64,000 bases of DNA, taken from the NCBI GenBank assembly GCA_964291415.2, contig OZ219917.1, positions 544,001 to 608,000 of the forward strand. The letters are read 5' to 3'. Shown piece after piece: positions 63,375 to 64,000 of the stretch. The number at the start of each line of letters is the position of its first letter. Position 1 is the stretch's first letter. Both the position numbers and the translations under genes were made by a program. This DNA is from Alphaproteobacteria bacterium. Its GTDB lineage: Bacteria > Pseudomonadota > Alphaproteobacteria > SP197. The notes beneath the pieces were generated by a model. It searched no databases. It saw only the letters and a list, made by a program, of their open reading frames with translations, and was not told the DNA's origin.

Positions 63375-64000
63375 ATGTCCATCGCTTCGAGGCTCCTTGA
63401 CGGACCTCCCCTGGTGATGGATGGAGCAACAGGCTCGGAGCTCCAGCGTCGCGGCGTCTATCTCTCGTACGGGGTCAGCAGTCCCGGAGTGCTCGGTTCA
63501 TGGTCGGCAACGGCCATGCGGGATGCTCCCGGCACCGTGCGCGCCGTGCACGAGGACTATCTGCGCATCGGATGCGACATCATCACCACGAACAGCTTCT
63601 GGACGAACACCGTCAAGCTGGGACTGGTGGGCCTCGAGGACCACGCGGAGGCCTATACGCGCCTCGCCGGCGATATCGCCGTCGAGGCGCGGGACCGGCT
63701 GCAACCCGATGCCTGGGTCGCCGGCGGCATGGCGCCTCCCCATGGCGGCATGCCCGGGATTCCGGTCGACCGTGACGACCTGCCCCGGGAGTTCGCCATG
63801 CAGGCACGCCACCTTGCTGCCGCCGGTGTGGACCTGATCCTTGTCGAGTATGTCGGCTGGATCGAGGACTGCGTCAATGCCGTGGATGCGGTCAGCGCCG
63901 CCGGACTGCCGGTGATGCTGGGTCTGCGCCACGTGACCATGGACGGCACCATGCAGCACGGCGAGAGCTTCGCCGATCTCGTCGCGGAACTCGGCAACCG
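63375..64000 (+). CDS. Homocysteine S-methyltransferase family protein (runs off the window)
   Basis: Manual translation MSIASRLLDGPPLVMDGATGSELQRRG...WSATA...VHEDYLRIGCDIITTNSF...GVDLILVE; not in the ORF track because no stop lies in the window. Confidence 0.85.
   Translation, partial: MSIASRLLDGPPLVMDGATGSELQRRGVYLSYGVSSPGVLGSWSATAMRDAPGTVRAVHEDYLRIGCDIITTNSFWTNTVKLGLVGLEDHAEAYTRLAGDIAVEARDRLQPDAWVAGGMAPPHGGMPGIPVDRDDLPREFAMQARHLAAAGVDLILVEYVGWIEDCVNAVDAVSAAGLPVMLGLRHVTMDGTMQHGESFADLVAELGN

Overview
High-GC alphaproteobacterial chromosome segment; gene order suggests Rhodospirillales-like, and this is inference. Most of it is conserved housekeeping backbone: tRNA-Ser, lepA-pheTS-rplT-rpmI-infC-thrS, GT9/GT4, queG, gltDB, uppP, tRNA-Leu, rnd-lptCAB, hpf-ptsN-hprK-EIIA-HPr-EI-ahcY, amgK-murU-trxA, folC-accD-trpABF-pyrF-lapA-ihfB, tRNA-Ala, aroA-cmk-rpsA. 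Three accessory patches interrupt it. (1) 1-7990, downstream of tRNA-Ser: an uncharacterised uptake/catabolic operon with two paralogous EutQ-like cupins, an SDR and a complete peptide/nickel-type ABC transporter, then a decayed Phd/PemK-like toxin-antitoxin pair. (2) 33630-37900, exactly where rpoN normally lies between lptB and hpf: an HTH-HipA module plus a TauD-family dioxygenase and an SDR, with apparent deletion scars. (3) 55000-58800, downstream of tRNA-Ala: an orphan Tat-exported ABC binding protein, a frameshifted GcvT/DmdA-like aminomethyltransferase and a headless Fic-family remnant. Several genes are missing from their usual syntenic slots (kdsD, rpoN, tsaE, addAB, sppA), and the aroA-cmk-rpsA block appears inverted relative to ihfB. 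No CRISPR array, rRNA, integrase or intact transposase was seen. All family assignments are by motif recognition only; no database searches were run.
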